NCBI GenBank assembly: GCA_001602845.1 | Contig: LUZE01000164.1 | Span: forward strand, 1 to 59,207 | Length of the DNA: 59,207 nt | Source: Bacteroidales bacterium Bact_13 | Lineage (GTDB): Bacteria > Bacteroidota > Bacteroidia > Bacteroidales > UBA932 | Direction: 5' to 3' | Part shown: positions 36,180-49,337 of the stretch, one piece after another | How positions within the stretch are numbered: the first letter of the stretch is position 1 | Layout of the letters: every line of letters begins with the position of its first letter | The notes under the pieces: model-generated | Database searches by the model: none | The model's input: only the letters and a program-made list of their open reading frames with translations | Told to the model about the DNA's origin: nothing | Made by a program: the position numbers and the translations under genes

Positions 36180-37098
36180 TCACGAGCGGGTGACGGACGA
36201 TATCCTCTTTTCCGAATTCGATAACGCTGATTCCCTTGATGTCGCGGACGAGTTCCACGCCGCGGACCAGGCCTGATTCGCTCTTGTTGGGCAGGTCGAT
36301 CTGCGTGGCGTCGCCCGTGACGATGAATTTCGCATCGCAGCCCATGCGGGTGAGGAACATTTTCAGCTGGCCGAGCGAGGTGTTCTGCGCTTCGTCGAGG
36401 ATGACGAAGGCCCGGTCGAGCGTCCGGCCGCGCATGTAGGCGAGCGGGGCGATCTGGATGATGCCTTCTTCCATGAAATTCTGGAGCCGCTTGGCGGGAA
36501 TCATGTCGCCAAGAGCATCGTAAAGCGGCTGGAGATAGGGATCGAGCTTGTCCTTGAGGTCGCCCGGCAGGAAGCCGAGCCGCTCGCCCGCCTCCACGGC
36601 GGGACGGGTCAGGATGATGCGCTTGACTTCCCGGTTCTTCAGGGCGCGTACGGCCAGGGCGATGGCAGTATAGGTCTTTCCGCTGCCGGCGGGGCCGATG
36701 GCGAAGATCAGGTCGTTGCGGTAGTATTCGCTCACCATCCGCTTCTGGTTGGGGGTGCGGGCCTTGATGGGCCGTCCCTCGTTGCTGTACACGATGATGC
36801 TTCCGGATTCGTCGTCCAGGCGCACGGCGCCGGTCTCCGCGCTGCGGTCGGTTCCCTCGAAAAGCGACTCCACGTCGTACTCGTTGAGGACGCTCTTGGT
36901 CATCCGTATCTTGCGCAGCAGCTTGATTTTCTCCTCAAAGTCATCGAGTTCGCTCTGCGGCCCCATCAGGTAGATTTCGGCGCCGCGCGCAACGGCCTTT
37001 ATCTTGGGGTAATGGCTTGTCAACAGGTCGAACAGGCGGTTGTTGATGCCGTAGATGTCAACGGGATCGATCTCTTCAAGAAGAATGGTTTTTTCCAT
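36148..37098 (-). CDS. phoH: PhoH-family ATPase
   Basis: 316 aa. Walker A GPAGSGKTY and Walker B ILDEAQN. Convergent 32-nt overlap with the previous gene. Confidence 0.9.
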   Translation of the reverse strand: MEKTILLEEIDPVDIYGINNRLFDLLTSHYPKIKAVARGAEIYLMGPQSELDDFEEKIKLLRKIRMTKSVLNEYDVESLFEGTDRSAETGAVRLDDESGSIIVYSNEGRPIKARTPNQKRMVSEYYRNDLIFAIGPAGSGKTYTAIALAVRALKNREVKRIILTRPAVEAGERLGFLPGDLKDKLDPYLQPLYDALGDMIPAKRLQNFMEEGIIQIAPLAYMRGRTLDRAFVILDEAQNTSLGQLKMFLTRMGCDAKFIVTGDATQIDLPNKSESGLVRGVELVRDIKGISVIEFGKEDIVRHPLVTKIVDAFERT

Positions 37099-37104
37099 AG
37101 GCTG

Positions 37105-38178
37105 TTATAATCCGAATTTCAGTTTGAGGGCTTCCCACTCCCGGACCATCTTGTCGTATTCGCGCTTGTCGAGCCACGAATCGCGGCTGCCGATCCAGTC
37201 GAGGATGGGGAAGACGGTATAGTTCTTTTCATACATCCCGTGGCGGGAGCACCACAGGTAGGTGGGAAAGGCATCGGCGATCCGGGCCTTCCCCGTGCCG
37301 TCGCTGACCACCACGAGTTCGTAGAGCATTCCGATCTGCGTGAAGGGGTCGCTCTGGTTTGAAACATAGTTGCCGAGCGAGTATGCGACGGCGTGCGGCG
37401 GGTCGAAGCGGGCGGGCTGTACCACGTGGGGGTGCGATCCGATGACGGCGTCCACGCCGCTGCGCAGCAGCATCTGCACCCATTCCTTCTGTTGGGCGCT
37501 GGGCTCCAGGTGATACTCCAGGCCCCAGTGGGGCAGGGCGACGATGAGTCCGGCCTCGCGTTCCCGGGCGCGTGCGACGGCGGCTTTCACGTGTGCCGAA
37601 TCAAGCAGGTTGACGTGCCAGTGTTCCGGCACGGGCAGGCCGTTGGTCCCGTACGTGAAGTTGATGAAAGCGACGCGGACGCCCTTGATGTCGATGATCA
37701 GGGGATTCTGCTCGTACTCTTCGCCTTCTGAACGGTACATCCCGGTAAAGGGGACCGCCATCCGCGAATAAATGACGTAGGTGCTGTCCATCCCGGCCCG
37801 GCCCTTGTCGCAGATATGGTTGTTGGCGGTCAGGAACAGGTCGATGCCCGCCCGGCGGGCTTCTTCGGCCAGGCTCCGCGGGGCCGAGAACTGCGGATAA
37901 CCGGAATAGGGGGAGACCCCGCAGGGAAACTCCATGTTGGCCACCACGAAGTCGGCGGCGTCGAAACGGTCCTGCACATGGCGGAAATAGGAACTATAGT
38001 CGAAACTGGCGGGATCGCTGCGGTCTCCGCCCGGCTTGAGTGCCGCGGTGACCTGCGGCCCGTGCGACATCACATCGCCGATGAAGACGATGCGGACGGT
38101 GTCGGCCTGCCGGGCATGGATGCCGCCGGCAATCAGCAGTAGGGTCAGCAGGACAGGCAGTTTCTTGTGAATTTCCAC
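37105..38178 (-). CDS. CapA-family metallophosphatase (poly-gamma-glutamate capsule synthesis-like)
   Basis: Motifs FIGDVMSH, ANMEFP, TANNHICD, PHWGLEY and GSHPHVVQ. The start is uncertain: the track ATG 38292 would overlap the divergent SPOR gene. GTG 38178 (VEIHKKLPVLLTLLLIAGG) gives a normal signal peptide. Confidence 0.75.
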   Translation of the reverse strand: MEIHKKLPVLLTLLLIAGGIHARQADTVRIVFIGDVMSHGPQVTAALKPGGDRSDPASFDYSSYFRHVQDRFDAADFVVANMEFPCGVSPYSGYPQFSAPRSLAEEARRAGIDLFLTANNHICDKGRAGMDSTYVIYSRMAVPFTGMYRSEGEEYEQNPLIIDIKGVRVAFINFTYGTNGLPVPEHWHVNLLDSAHVKAAVARAREREAGLIVALPHWGLEYHLEPSAQQKEWVQMLLRSGVDAVIGSHPHVVQPARFDPPHAVAYSLGNYVSNQSDPFTQIGMLYELVVVSDGTGKARIADAFPTYLWCSRHGMYEKNYTVFPILDWIGSRDSWLDKREYDKMVREWEALKLKFGL

Positions 38179-38219
38179 CTTCGGTCGCGTTTTGAATGTA
38201 AAGATAAACTTTTTTATGC

Positions 38220-38227
38220 TATCTTTG
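38220..38227 (+). promoter_or_regulatory. -7 promoter box TATCTTTG (SPOR gene)
   Basis: Perfect TAnnTTTG, 7 nt upstream of ATG 38235. Confidence 0.45.
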
Positions 38228-38234
38228 TCGAAGT

Positions 38235-38732
38235 ATGAAAAAACAACTTTACAGAGCGGCGCTCGTCGCCGCGATGCTTCTGTTGTCTGCATCCCTTTTC
38301 ACGGGGTGCGATTTCATCCGTGCGTCCCTGGGAAAGCCCACATCCGCTGACCTGGCGTTGCTCCGCCAGGCCGAACAGGAGCGTGCCCGGGCTGCGGAAC
38401 CGGCTCCCGTTCCCGATACAGCCACGGCTCCCGCTCCGGCTCCCGAATCCACACCCGAACCCGTACCTGCACCGGCCCCCGAACCCGCCCGGATCCGTCA
38501 GTACTATGCAGTGGCTGGCGCCTTCAAGGAAGAAAGCGGCGTGAAACTGTTTTCGGAAAAGCTGGAAGGCAAGGGGTTCCGCGTCTGCCTGCTCGACCTG
38601 AAGAGCGGCATGACGGCCGTCTGCCTGGAAGGCCGTGACAGCATCGGGGAGGCCCGCCAGGATGTAGCCGCGCTCAAGGCGGCGGGTTTTGACGCCTGGA
38701 TCTACAATTCGAACCAGAAACTACACAAATGA
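38235..38732 (+). CDS. SPOR-domain lipoprotein
   Basis: 165 aa. Lipobox SLFTGC, a Pro/Ala-rich linker, and a C-terminal SPOR-like region [26 protein letters not shown]. Confidence 0.75.
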   Translation: MKKQLYRAALVAAMLLLSASLFTGCDFIRASLGKPTSADLALLRQAEQERARAAEPAPVPDTATAPAPAPESTPEPVPAPAPEPARIRQYYAVAGAFKEESGVKLFSEKLEGKGFRVCLLDLKSGMTAVCLEGRDSIGEARQDVAALKAAGFDAWIYNSNQKLHK

Positions 38733-38733
38733 T

Positions 38734-39840
38734 ATGAAAAATACCGTATTCACCGAGAAGCACATCGCACTGGGTGCGAAGATGGCTCCGTTTGCCGGCT
38801 ACAACATGCCGATCCAATACAAGGGTATCAATGAGGAACATGCCTGCGTCCGCAACGGCGTCGGCGTATTCGACGTCTCCCACATGGGCGAGATCTGGGT
38901 CAAGGGCCCCAAGGCGCTTCCGTTCCTGCAGTATGTCGCATCCAACGACGTGTCCGTGCTCTTCCCGGGCAAGGCGCAGTACACCTGCTTCCCCAACGGA
39001 AAGGGTGGCATCGTGGACGACTTCATCGTCTATTGCTTCAACACGGAGAAATACCTGCTGGCCGTCAATGCCGCCAACATCGAGAAGGACTGGAACCACC
39101 TCTGCTCGGTGGCACCGCGCTTCGGCATGGAAATCGGCAAGGACCTGGTCAACGACTCCGACCGCATCTGCCAGCTCGCCATCCAGGGTCCCAAGGCCAT
39201 GGAGGTGATGCAGAAGCTCTGCAAGGAAGACGTCCTGTCGATGGAGTACTACACGTTCAAGCAGTTTGAACTGGCGGGCATTCCCGACGCCATTCTCTCG
39301 ACGACCGGCTACACCGGCAGCGGCGGATGCGAGGTCTATGTCCCGAACGAATACGGCGACCAGCTCTGGAAGGCCGTCTTCGAGGCCGGCGAGCCTTTCG
39401 GCATCCAGCCGATCGGTCTCGGCGCCCGCGATACGCTCCGTCTCGAGATGGGCTTCTGCCTCTACGGCAACGATATCGACGACACCACCTCCCCGCTGGA
39501 GGCAGGCCTGGGCTGGATCACCAAGTTCAACGACGTGAAGGGCGATTTCATTGACAAGCAGTACCTGCTCGACCAGAAGGCCGCCGGCCTCAAGCGCAAG
39601 CTCGTCGGTTTCGAGCTCGTGGACCGCGGCATCGCCCGTCATGAGATGACCATCTGCGATGCGGAAGGCAAGCAGATCGGCCACGTGACGTCCGGCACGA
39701 TGGGCCCGACGGTCAAGAAGGCGATTGGCATGGGATATGTAGATGTTCCGTACAACAAAGTCGGCTCTGAAATCTACATCGAGATCCGCGGCAAGTTGCT
39801 GAAGGCCGTTGTGGTGAAGATGCCGTTCTACCAGAAATAA
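38734..39840 (+). CDS. gcvT: glycine cleavage system aminomethyltransferase T
   Basis: Start ATG 38734 ([29 protein letters not shown]). Motifs [10 protein letters not shown] and ...[11 protein letters not shown]. Confidence 0.92.
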   Translation: MKNTVFTEKHIALGAKMAPFAGYNMPIQYKGINEEHACVRNGVGVFDVSHMGEIWVKGPKALPFLQYVASNDVSVLFPGKAQYTCFPNGKGGIVDDFIVYCFNTEKYLLAVNAANIEKDWNHLCSVAPRFGMEIGKDLVNDSDRICQLAIQGPKAMEVMQKLCKEDVLSMEYYTFKQFELAGIPDAILSTTGYTGSGGCEVYVPNEYGDQLWKAVFEAGEPFGIQPIGLGARDTLRLEMGFCLYGNDIDDTTSPLEAGLGWITKFNDVKGDFIDKQYLLDQKAAGLKRKLVGFELVDRGIARHEMTICDAEGKQIGHVTSGTMGPTVKKAIGMGYVDVPYNKVGSEIYIEIRGKLLKAVVVKMPFYQK

Positions 39841-41133
39841 TTGAAGCGTAAACTGATCATATTCCTGATGCTTGAATTCTGTGCGGCAGGCCTTGCCGCA
39901 CAGAATTTTGCTGTTGCCCCGCAGTTGCGGCGCCACGTACAGGCGCTGTGCGACGAGGAGATGGAGGGCCGCCTGGCCGGTTCCGAAGGCGAAAGGCTGG
40001 CGGCTGCTTATGTGTATCGCGAACTGGCCGGCGCAGGCGTGGTGATGCTCACGGATTCTTCCGGGCAGGACTTCACCATCGCCAGCGGCAATGACAGCAT
40101 CGCGTCGCGCAACATCGTGGGCATCGTGGAAGGAAGCGATCCGGACCTGCGCGAAGAGTACATCGTCGTCGGCGCACACATCGACCACCTGGGTACGCAT
40201 ACCCTGACGGTGGATGGCGAGCCTGTCGTCCAGGTTTATTCCGGTGCGGACGCCAACGCGTCTGGCGTGGCCGTTATGCTGGAACTGGCGCGGCTGGTTT
40301 CGGAGTACCGGGGCCTTTTCCGGCGGTCCATCATTTTCGTCGGCTTCGGGGCCGGGGAGCAGGGCGTGGCCGGATCCTGGTATTTTGTCAACCGTGCCTT
40401 CGAACAGATCCGCAACGTGCGGGCGATGGTGGACATCGATATGATCGGCCGCAGCGGCGAGGACGCCCCGTTCCGCTATTTCACGCAGATGGCGCCGCAG
40501 GAAAGCGACCACGTGCTCGACCAGACGCTGCGCGAGCCCGTCGTGACCTGGCCGCAGCCCATGCGGCAGGTCATCCCGACCTCCGACTACCTGCCTTTCC
40601 ATGAACAGCGCATTCCCGTGTTCCTGTTCTCGTCGGGTGTCTCCCGGGAGTACCGGACCATCAAGGACACGCCGCGCCTGCTCGACTACTCCGCGATGGA
40701 GGCCCGCTGCAACTACCTGTATTATTTCCTGCAGGTACTCGCCGGCCAGGATGTCATCTCCAAGGTCGGGGAGGAGGACACCGCAGCCCGCGCGAAGTAC
40801 GCCGAAAAGGTGTACGCCGCCTCGGAATGCGACGTGCGGCCCCAGTTCTTCCATTCCAATGAGAATCATTTCCTGCAGAACTGGGTGTACAAGTACCTGA
40901 AGTATCCCCGCAAGGCCATCGAGCAGAACCTGCACGGGCAGGTGCTGGTGAGCTTCATCATCGAGAAAGACGGCAGCGTGACGGACGTCCGGGTGGAGCA
41001 TGGCGTCGACGAACTGCTCGACGACGAGGCCGTCCGCGTGGTCTCGGTCTCGCCGAAATGGATACCGGGCCGGATCAAGGGCGAGAAAGTCCGTACGCGA
41101 ATCGTCATTCCGATAGAATTCCGGCTGAAATAA
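39841..41133 (+). CDS. M28-family metallopeptidase fused to a TonB C-terminal domain
   Basis: TTG start at 39841, immediately after the gcvT TAA, gives the signal peptide [22 protein letters not shown]28 motifs [10 protein letters not shown] and [15 protein letters not shown]. The C-terminal 80 aa ([31 protein letters not shown]...) are TonB_C-like. Confidence 0.75.
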   Translation: MKRKLIIFLMLEFCAAGLAAQNFAVAPQLRRHVQALCDEEMEGRLAGSEGERLAAAYVYRELAGAGVVMLTDSSGQDFTIASGNDSIASRNIVGIVEGSDPDLREEYIVVGAHIDHLGTHTLTVDGEPVVQVYSGADANASGVAVMLELARLVSEYRGLFRRSIIFVGFGAGEQGVAGSWYFVNRAFEQIRNVRAMVDIDMIGRSGEDAPFRYFTQMAPQESDHVLDQTLREPVVTWPQPMRQVIPTSDYLPFHEQRIPVFLFSSGVSREYRTIKDTPRLLDYSAMEARCNYLYYFLQVLAGQDVISKVGEEDTAARAKYAEKVYAASECDVRPQFFHSNENHFLQNWVYKYLKYPRKAIEQNLHGQVLVSFIIEKDGSVTDVRVEHGVDELLDDEAVRVVSVSPKWIPGRIKGEKVRTRIVIPIEFRLK

Positions 41134-41188
41134 AGGGGAAATCATTATCTTTACGCCAAATTTCATAAACTGGCGTAAAAGATTTCCA

Positions 41189-43900
41189 ATGGATTACAAT
41201 TTCGTAGAGATTGAGAAGAAGTGGCAGGCCTACTGGGCTGAACACCACACGTTCCGTGTACAGGCAGACCCCTCAAAACCCAAATATTACGTGCTCGACA
41301 TGTTCCCGTATCCCTCCGGGGCCGGACTTCATGTCGGACATCCGCTCGGCTATATTGCAAGCGACATCTACAGCCGTTACAAGCGCCTGAAAGGCTTCAA
41401 CGTGCTGCACCCGATGGGCTATGACGCCTTCGGCCTTCCCGCCGAGCAGTATGCCATCCAGACCGGGCAGCACCCTGCGAAGACCACCGAGCAGAACATC
41501 GCGCGCTATCGCCAGCAGATGGACCGCATCGGCTTCTCCTACGACTGGTCGCGCGAAGTCCGTACCTGCGATCCCGCTTATTACAAGTGGACGCAGTGGG
41601 CCTTCCTCGAGATGTTCAACCATTGGTACAATCCCGAGACCGACAAGGCGGAACCCATCGAGACCCTGATCGCGAAGCTTCGGGAAGAGGGCCGCTGGGA
41701 CGGTCTTTCCGAAAAGGAACGCTCCGACCTGCTGATGCAATACCGCATCGCCTACCTGGGCGAGACGTCGGTGAACTGGTGCCCGGCGCTGGGTACCGTG
41801 CTGGCCAACGACGAGGTGAAGGAGGGCTACTCCGTGCGCGGCGGTTTCCCCGTCGAACAGAAGAAGATGAAGCAGTGGCAGCTGCGCGTGAGTGCGTACG
41901 CCGAGCGTCTGCTTTCCGGCCTCGATTCCCTGGACTGGACCGACTCGCTCAAGGAGATGCAACGCAACTGGATCGGCCGGAGCCAGGGCGCGGAGATGGT
42001 CTTCCATGTCTTCAACGGCGACAAGGAATATGAGATGACGATCTTCACCACGCGCGCCGATACGATCTTCGGTGTCACCTTCATGGTGCTGGCACCGGAG
42101 AGCGACTGGGTGGAGAAGCTTACCACGCCGGAACAGAAGGAAGCCGTCGAGGCATACCTGCTCCAGGCGAAGAAGAAGACCGAGCGCGAGCGCATCGCCG
42201 AGACCCGCAAGGTCACGGGCGTGTTCTCCGGCTCCTATGCCGTGAACCCGCTGACCGGTGAAAAGGTGCCCGTGTGGATTTCCGAATATGTGCTGGCGGG
42301 CTATGGTACCGGCGCCATCATGGCGGTGCCTGCGCACGACAGCCGCGACTATGCCTTCGCCCGCACGTTCAACCTGCCCATTATCCCGCTCATCGAGGGA
42401 TGCGACATTTCCGAGTCAAGCTTCGATGCCAAGGAAGGCACGATGTGCAACTCCGGCTTCCTCAACGGCATGAGCGTCAAGGAAGCCATCCCCGCCGCCA
42501 TCGACTATGTCGAGGCGAAGGGCATCGGTCGCCGCAAGATCAATTACCGCCTGCGCGACGCCATCTTCTCGCGCCAGCGTTACTGGGGTGAACCGTTCCC
42601 GATCTATTACAAGGACGGCATCCCATATCCCATGCCGCAGTCCTGCCTGCCGCTGCAGCTCCCCGAGGTGGACAAGTTCCTGCCCACCGAGACCGGCGAG
42701 CCGCCGCTGGCCCGCGCCAAGGACTGGACGTACGAAGGCCATCCCATCGAAACCAGCACCATGCCCGGTTTCGCGGGCAGCAGTGCGTACTATCTCCGCT
42801 ACATGGACCCGCACAACGACCAGGCCCTCGTGAGCCGCGATGCCGACGAATACTGGCGCGACGTGGATCTCTATATCGGCGGAACGGAGCACGCCACCGG
42901 CCACCTCATCTATTCCCGTTTCTGGAACAAGTTCCTCTATGACTGCGGTTATGTGTGCGAGCAGGAACCGTTCCGGAAGCTGATCAACCAGGGAATGATC
43001 CAGGGCCGGAGCAACTTCGTGTACCGGATCAAGAACACCAACACCTTCGTCTCCTGCGGACTGAAGGACCAGTACGACACGACCGAGATCCATGTGGACG
43101 TGAACATCGTGCACAACGACCGCCTCGACATGGAGGCGTTCCGCCGCTGGATGCCCGATTTCGCCACCGCCGAATTCATCCTCGAGGACGGCGAATACAT
43201 CTGCGGATGGGCCATCGAGAAGATGAGCAAATCGATGTTCAACGTGGTGAATCCCGACAGCGTCTGCGAACGCTACGGCGCCGATACGCTCCGCATGTAC
43301 GAGATGTTCCTCGGCCCGCTCGAGCAGAGCAAGCCGTGGGACACGCAGGGCATCGACGGTGTGCACCGTTTCCTCCGCCGCTTCTGGAAGCTGTTCTTCG
43401 ACCGCGACGTTTTCAGCGTCACCGACGAGAAGGCGACGCCCGCCGAACTCAAGGCTCTCCACAAGCTCATCGGCAAAGCCCAGGACGACATCGAGCACTT
43501 CTCCTTCAACACGACCGTCAGCGCATTCATGATCGCTGTCGGCGAACTCACCGACCTGAAGTGCCGGAAGCGCGAGATCCTGGAGCCCCTGACCATCGTG
43601 CTGAGCCCGTTCGCCCCGCATATTGCGGAGGAACTCTGGCAGATGCTCGGTCACGGAGAAAGCATCAGTTTCGCCGCTTTCCCGGTTTACAACCCCGCCT
43701 TCACAGTGGAAGACAATGTCAAGTATCCCGTCCAGTTCAACGGCAAGATGCGTTTCGTCATCGAACTGCCGAAGAGCCTGGCGCCGTCCGAGGTTGAGGC
43801 TGCCGTCCGTGCGGATGCCAATACCGAAAAGTATCTGCAGGGCGCAGCGGTCCGCAAGGTAATCGTCGTGCCTGGCAAAATCATCAATATCGTCTGCTAA
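41189..43900 (+). CDS. leuS: leucine--tRNA ligase
   Basis: 903 aa. HIGH region HVGHPLGY and KMSKS present. Confidence 0.97.
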   Translation: MDYNFVEIEKKWQAYWAEHHTFRVQADPSKPKYYVLDMFPYPSGAGLHVGHPLGYIASDIYSRYKRLKGFNVLHPMGYDAFGLPAEQYAIQTGQHPAKTTEQNIARYRQQMDRIGFSYDWSREVRTCDPAYYKWTQWAFLEMFNHWYNPETDKAEPIETLIAKLREEGRWDGLSEKERSDLLMQYRIAYLGETSVNWCPALGTVLANDEVKEGYSVRGGFPVEQKKMKQWQLRVSAYAERLLSGLDSLDWTDSLKEMQRNWIGRSQGAEMVFHVFNGDKEYEMTIFTTRADTIFGVTFMVLAPESDWVEKLTTPEQKEAVEAYLLQAKKKTERERIAETRKVTGVFSGSYAVNPLTGEKVPVWISEYVLAGYGTGAIMAVPAHDSRDYAFARTFNLPIIPLIEGCDISESSFDAKEGTMCNSGFLNGMSVKEAIPAAIDYVEAKGIGRRKINYRLRDAIFSRQRYWGEPFPIYYKDGIPYPMPQSCLPLQLPEVDKFLPTETGEPPLARAKDWTYEGHPIETSTMPGFAGSSAYYLRYMDPHNDQALVSRDADEYWRDVDLYIGGTEHATGHLIYSRFWNKFLYDCGYVCEQEPFRKLINQGMIQGRSNFVYRIKNTNTFVSCGLKDQYDTTEIHVDVNIVHNDRLDMEAFRRWMPDFATAEFILEDGEYICGWAIEKMSKSMFNVVNPDSVCERYGADTLRMYEMFLGPLEQSKPWDTQGIDGVHRFLRRFWKLFFDRDVFSVTDEKATPAELKALHKLIGKAQDDIEHFSFNTTVSAFMIAVGELTDLKCRKREILEPLTIVLSPFAPHIAEELWQMLGHGESISFAAFPVYNPAFTVEDNVKYPVQFNGKMRFVIELPKSLAPSEVEAAVRADANTEKYLQGAAVRKVIVVPGKIINIVC

Positions 43901-44797
43901 ATGGAAAAAGCCAAAGTCCTTTCCACGATCAAGTCGTACGGAATCATTACGCTGGGCCTGCTGTTCTACGTGCTGGCCTGGGTCGTCTTCATCATACCCC
44001 ACCAGCTGGTGGGCGGCGGCGTGACCGGTATCTCGGCCGTCATCCAGTACTGCACGGGCTTCAACGTGAGCTACTCGTTCTTCATCATCAACGGCGTCCT
44101 GCTGCTGATCGCCCTCAAGATCCTCGGTCCGGCGTTCGGCGTGAAGACGGTCTATGCAATGGTGGTGACCACGCTGCTGCTGCGTTTCCTGCCGATGGTC
44201 ATTCCCGATGAGTTCATCAAGATCATCGCCCTGGACAACGGCAAGCTGCTCAGCGTGATTATCGGCGGTACGCTCTCCGCGCTGGGCATCTCGCTCACCT
44301 TCTCGCAGGGCGGCAGTTCCGGCGGAACGGACATCATCGCCCTGATGATCACCAAGTACCGGGCCATCTCCCCCGGCAAGATCCTGCTCATCCTCGACAT
44401 CTTCATCATCGGCTCGTCCCTGATCGTCCCGACGGAAGGAAGCTGGGGCGTGCGCGTGGCGAACCTGGTGTACGGCTATGTGATGGCAGGCGTGTTCAGC
44501 GTGGCGCTCGACCTTTTCGTTTCGGGTTCCAAGCAGTCCGTACAAATCTTTATTTTCTCGAAAAACTTTGAAAAAATCGCCGACCGTATAACCGTCGATG
44601 TACATCGGGGCGTGACGGCGCTGGAAGGGAAAGGCTGGTACACCAAGACGGAATCCACCGTCCTGATGGTGGTGGCCCGCAAGCAGGAGCTCAAGCTCCT
44701 CCTCAATCTGATCAAGGAAGAGGATCCGCAGGCCTTCATCTCCGTCGGAAGCGTAACGGGCGTGTACGGATACGGATTCGATGCCATCAAGAAATAG
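43901..44797 (+). CDS. YitT-family membrane protein (DUF2179 C-terminal domain)
   Basis: 298 aa. Five or six TM helices and a soluble C-terminal domain. The ATG abuts the leuS TAA. Confidence 0.8.
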   Translation: MEKAKVLSTIKSYGIITLGLLFYVLAWVVFIIPHQLVGGGVTGISAVIQYCTGFNVSYSFFIINGVLLLIALKILGPAFGVKTVYAMVVTTLLLRFLPMVIPDEFIKIIALDNGKLLSVIIGGTLSALGISLTFSQGGSSGGTDIIALMITKYRAISPGKILLILDIFIIGSSLIVPTEGSWGVRVANLVYGYVMAGVFSVALDLFVSGSKQSVQIFIFSKNFEKIADRITVDVHRGVTALEGKGWYTKTESTVLMVVARKQELKLLLNLIKEEDPQAFISVGSVTGVYGYGFDAIKK

Positions 44798-44830
44798 TTG
44801 AAAAACAGCGACTTTTTTCCGGTTATATGA

Positions 44831-44864
44831 CGGTTATATCAAAAAAAGATATAACCGTTTTTTT
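44831..44864 (+). terminator. rho-independent terminator
   Basis: CGGTTATATC - AAAAAAA - GATATAACCG, followed by TTTTTTT. It lies 34 nt after the yitT-family stop. Confidence 0.75.
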
Positions 44865-44895
44865 ATTTGTAGCTTCGTGAAAAAACACGATACCT

Positions 44896-45462
44896 ATGAC
44901 TGGACTATGGTTGCTGATCGTCAATGTGCTGCTGGTAGCGGCGCTGGCGGCATATGTATTACTGCGCGAAAGGAAGATCCGGAAGCGGGACCGGCAGGAA
45001 GAGCGGCCCGCCCGGGACTATCCCCGCCAGGAAGTCTCGATTCCCAATGCGAACCGGATTCTCGAGGATACCGGGCAGAGCCTGAAAGACTCGGACATGG
45101 AAGAGCTGAAGGAACGGCTCTGCAACGTCCTCGAGCGCGAAAAGCTCTACCTGAATCCCGACATCCGGGTGGGCGACCTGGCGGAACGCCTGTACACCAA
45201 CAAAAGCTACCTGGCGCAGACCATCAAAATAAAATTGAATAAAAACTTCTGCCAGCTAGTGCACTATTATCGTGTACGCGAAGCCATGCGTATCTATGCC
45301 CAGAACCCGGACCTGACCATCACGCAGCTTTGCCGGCGCGTGGGCTTCAATTCAATGACGACATTCAATACGGCATTCGGGCGCAATACGGGATATACGC
45401 CCGCCGAGTGGTGCAAGGAGTACCGGAAGCACAATGAAGCCAAGGAAAAAGAAAAAGCTTAA
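44896..45462 (+). CDS. membrane-anchored AraC-type HTH transcriptional regulator
   Basis: 188 aa. N-terminal TM helix LWLLIVNVLLVAALAAYVLL and a C-terminal AraC HTH (..ITQLCRRVGFNSMTTFNTAFGRNTGYTPAEW). Confidence 0.75.
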   Translation: MTGLWLLIVNVLLVAALAAYVLLRERKIRKRDRQEERPARDYPRQEVSIPNANRILEDTGQSLKDSDMEELKERLCNVLEREKLYLNPDIRVGDLAERLYTNKSYLAQTIKIKLNKNFCQLVHYYRVREAMRIYAQNPDLTITQLCRRVGFNSMTTFNTAFGRNTGYTPAEWCKEYRKHNEAKEKEKA

Positions 45463-45828
45463 GAAGCGGAAGTACCACCGGATCGGGAACGAGGACCTGT
45501 ACGGGGCGATGCTGCGCGTGATGACCCGGCAGAAGCTGTATCTCGACAAGACCTTTTCGCGGGAGCGCCTGGCGCGGGAGCTGATGACGAACCGGACGTA
45601 CGTCTCGCGGGTACTCAATGCACACGGGCTGACTTTCGCACAGTTCATCAACTCTTTCCGGGCGGAGCATGCCATCAGCCTGCTGGCGCGCGAGGACATG
45701 GCCGATGCGCAGGTGGGCGACATCGCCGAGCTGAGCGGCTTCTCGACCGTGGAAAGGATGAACCGCTACCTCAAAAAAAGCGCAGGCTTGCCGGCCTGCG
45801 CTTTGCGGAAACGTCTCACGGAAGGAGG

Positions 45829-45832
<4 letters not shown>
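45434..45832 (+). CDS. AraC-type HTH domain protein (paralogue, no TM segment)
   Basis: 132 aa. Lys-rich N-terminus and an AraC HTH (..FAQFINSFRAEHAISLL...IAELSGFSTVERMNRYLKK). It overlaps the previous gene by 29 nt, and a later start is possible. Confidence 0.65.
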
Positions 45833-47259
<1,427 letters not shown>

Positions 47260-47295
47260 AATTCTGTAGTTTATTGATTTATAATAGGTTGAAAA

Positions 47296-48645
47296 TTAGG
47301 CGAAATAACGTTCTATGCGATGGAGCGCCGTCGGCAGGGCGAAGATCACGACGCGGTCGTAGGGCTTGATGCGGGTGTCGCCCACGGCGATGATCGCCTC
47401 GTTGCCGCGGATGATGCCGCCGATGACGGCGTCGTCGGGCAGGTGGAGGTCCTTGATCGGCGCCTTGGTGATCAGGCTGTCCGGATTGACGATGTATTCG
47501 ATGACCTCGGCGTCGGAGCCGTTGAGCACCTTGACGGTACGGACCTTCGTGCTCATCGTGAAGCGGAAGATGCGGCCGGCGGTGATGATCTTCTTGTTGA
47601 TCACGGCGTCCACGCCCATGCCTTCGGCCAGCTTGATGTATTCAATGTTCTCTACTTCGGCGATGGTCTTGGAAACGCCCATCTTCTTGGCGGCCACGCA
47701 CGCGAGGATGTTGGTCTCGGAACTGGACGTGACGGCCACGAAGGCGTCGCAGCTCTTGACGTCCTCCTCGTACAGGAAGTCCGAGTTCCGGCCGTCGCCG
47801 TTGATGACGAGGGTGCGGTCAAGGTGTTCCGACAGCGCTTCGCAGCGCTCGCGGTTGATCTCGATGATCTTCACGAACTCGGCGGTCTTCTCAAACTGCT
47901 TGGCCACCATCTCGCCGATGCGTCCGCCGCCGAGGATGGTGAGCCGCTTGATGTCGAGGTATTTCTTTCCAGACCAGGTCATCAGCTCGTCGACGTTCTC
48001 GCGCTTGGAAACGACATAGACCATGTCGCCGCGCTTGAGAAGCGTGTCGCGCTGCGGGATGATGGTTTCACCGCCGCGGTTGACGGCCACGATGCGGAAG
48101 GGCAGGTTTTCCGCGGAGTAGGGGAAATCTGCGAGCGTCTTGTTGACCATCTTCGACACGTCGTCGATCCGGAATACGACCATCTGCAGCTGTCCGTGGG
48201 CGAAATCCACGTAGTCCGAGACATCCGACTGCTTGAGCAGGTCGCAAATCTCCGTGGCGGCGATTTTCTCGGGATAGAAGAGCAGGTCGATGCCCATGTC
48301 GGTGAACATGACCTTGTTGTCGTAGTTGAGGTACTCGGCGGCGTTGATGCGCGCCGTCACCTTGCTGGCCCCCAGTTTTTTGGCGATGAGTGCGGCGACC
48401 AGGTTGATGTCCTGTTCCCGGGCCGGGCTCACAGCCACGAAAAGGTCGGCTTTCTCTACGCCGGCCGACTTGAGGATGTCGATGGAGGTGGGGTTGCCCT
48501 GTACCGTGAGCACGTCCATGCTCTCGCTCACCAGGCCCAGCCGCTCCTCGTCGCTGTCGATAATGGTGATTTCGTGATACCCTTCGCTCAACATCTTGGC
48601 GAGGTGGCATCCGACTTCTCCGGCTCCTGCGATGACGATCTTCAT
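47296..48645 (-). CDS. trkA: Trk potassium uptake system NAD-binding protein TrkA
   Basis: 449 aa. Two RCK/Rossmann units (IVIAGAGEVG and ILGGGRIG). Confidence 0.9.
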   Translation of the reverse strand: MKIVIAGAGEVGCHLAKMLSEGYHEITIIDSDEERLGLVSESMDVLTVQGNPTSIDILKSAGVEKADLFVAVSPAREQDINLVAALIAKKLGASKVTARINAAEYLNYDNKVMFTDMGIDLLFYPEKIAATEICDLLKQSDVSDYVDFAHGQLQMVVFRIDDVSKMVNKTLADFPYSAENLPFRIVAVNRGGETIIPQRDTLLKRGDMVYVVSKRENVDELMTWSGKKYLDIKRLTILGGGRIGEMVAKQFEKTAEFVKIIEINRERCEALSEHLDRTLVINGDGRNSDFLYEEDVKSCDAFVAVTSSSETNILACVAAKKMGVSKTIAEVENIEYIKLAEGMGVDAVINKKIITAGRIFRFTMSTKVRTVKVLNGSDAEVIEYIVNPDSLITKAPIKDLHLPDDAVIGGIIRGNEAIIAVGDTRIKPYDRVVIFALPTALHRIERYFA

Positions 48646-48652
48646 ACCTGTA

Positions 48653-49252
<600 letters not shown>

Positions 49253-49337
49253 GTCGGTGCTTTAAATTATGGCAAGTTACAAATAATATTTCATTTTCTT
49301 GAAATTATTTGTAATTTGGAACGCCAAACGCTGAAAA

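Noticed and set aside
38674-41166. 830-aa minus-strand ORF, the longest in this region
   Set aside because: It lies antisense to gcvT and the M28/TonB_C gene, which have clear motifs. Its composition is dominated by Arg/Gly/Asp/His/Val/Leu/Ala with no recognisable domain. This is the typical shadow ORF of GC-rich DNA, where antisense frames lack stop codons.
42416-44605. 729-aa minus-strand ORF
   Set aside because: Antisense to leuS and the YitT-family gene. It shows the same shadow-ORF composition and no motifs.
49278-49313. 10-11-bp inverted repeat TACAAATAAT...ATTATTTGTA in the folE/mqnB divergent spacer, considered as an operator
   Set aside because: By my rough estimate, one or two such short AT-rich inverted repeats are expected by chance in a window this size. 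The region is generic AT-rich promoter DNA. It is not distinctive enough to call without conservation data.
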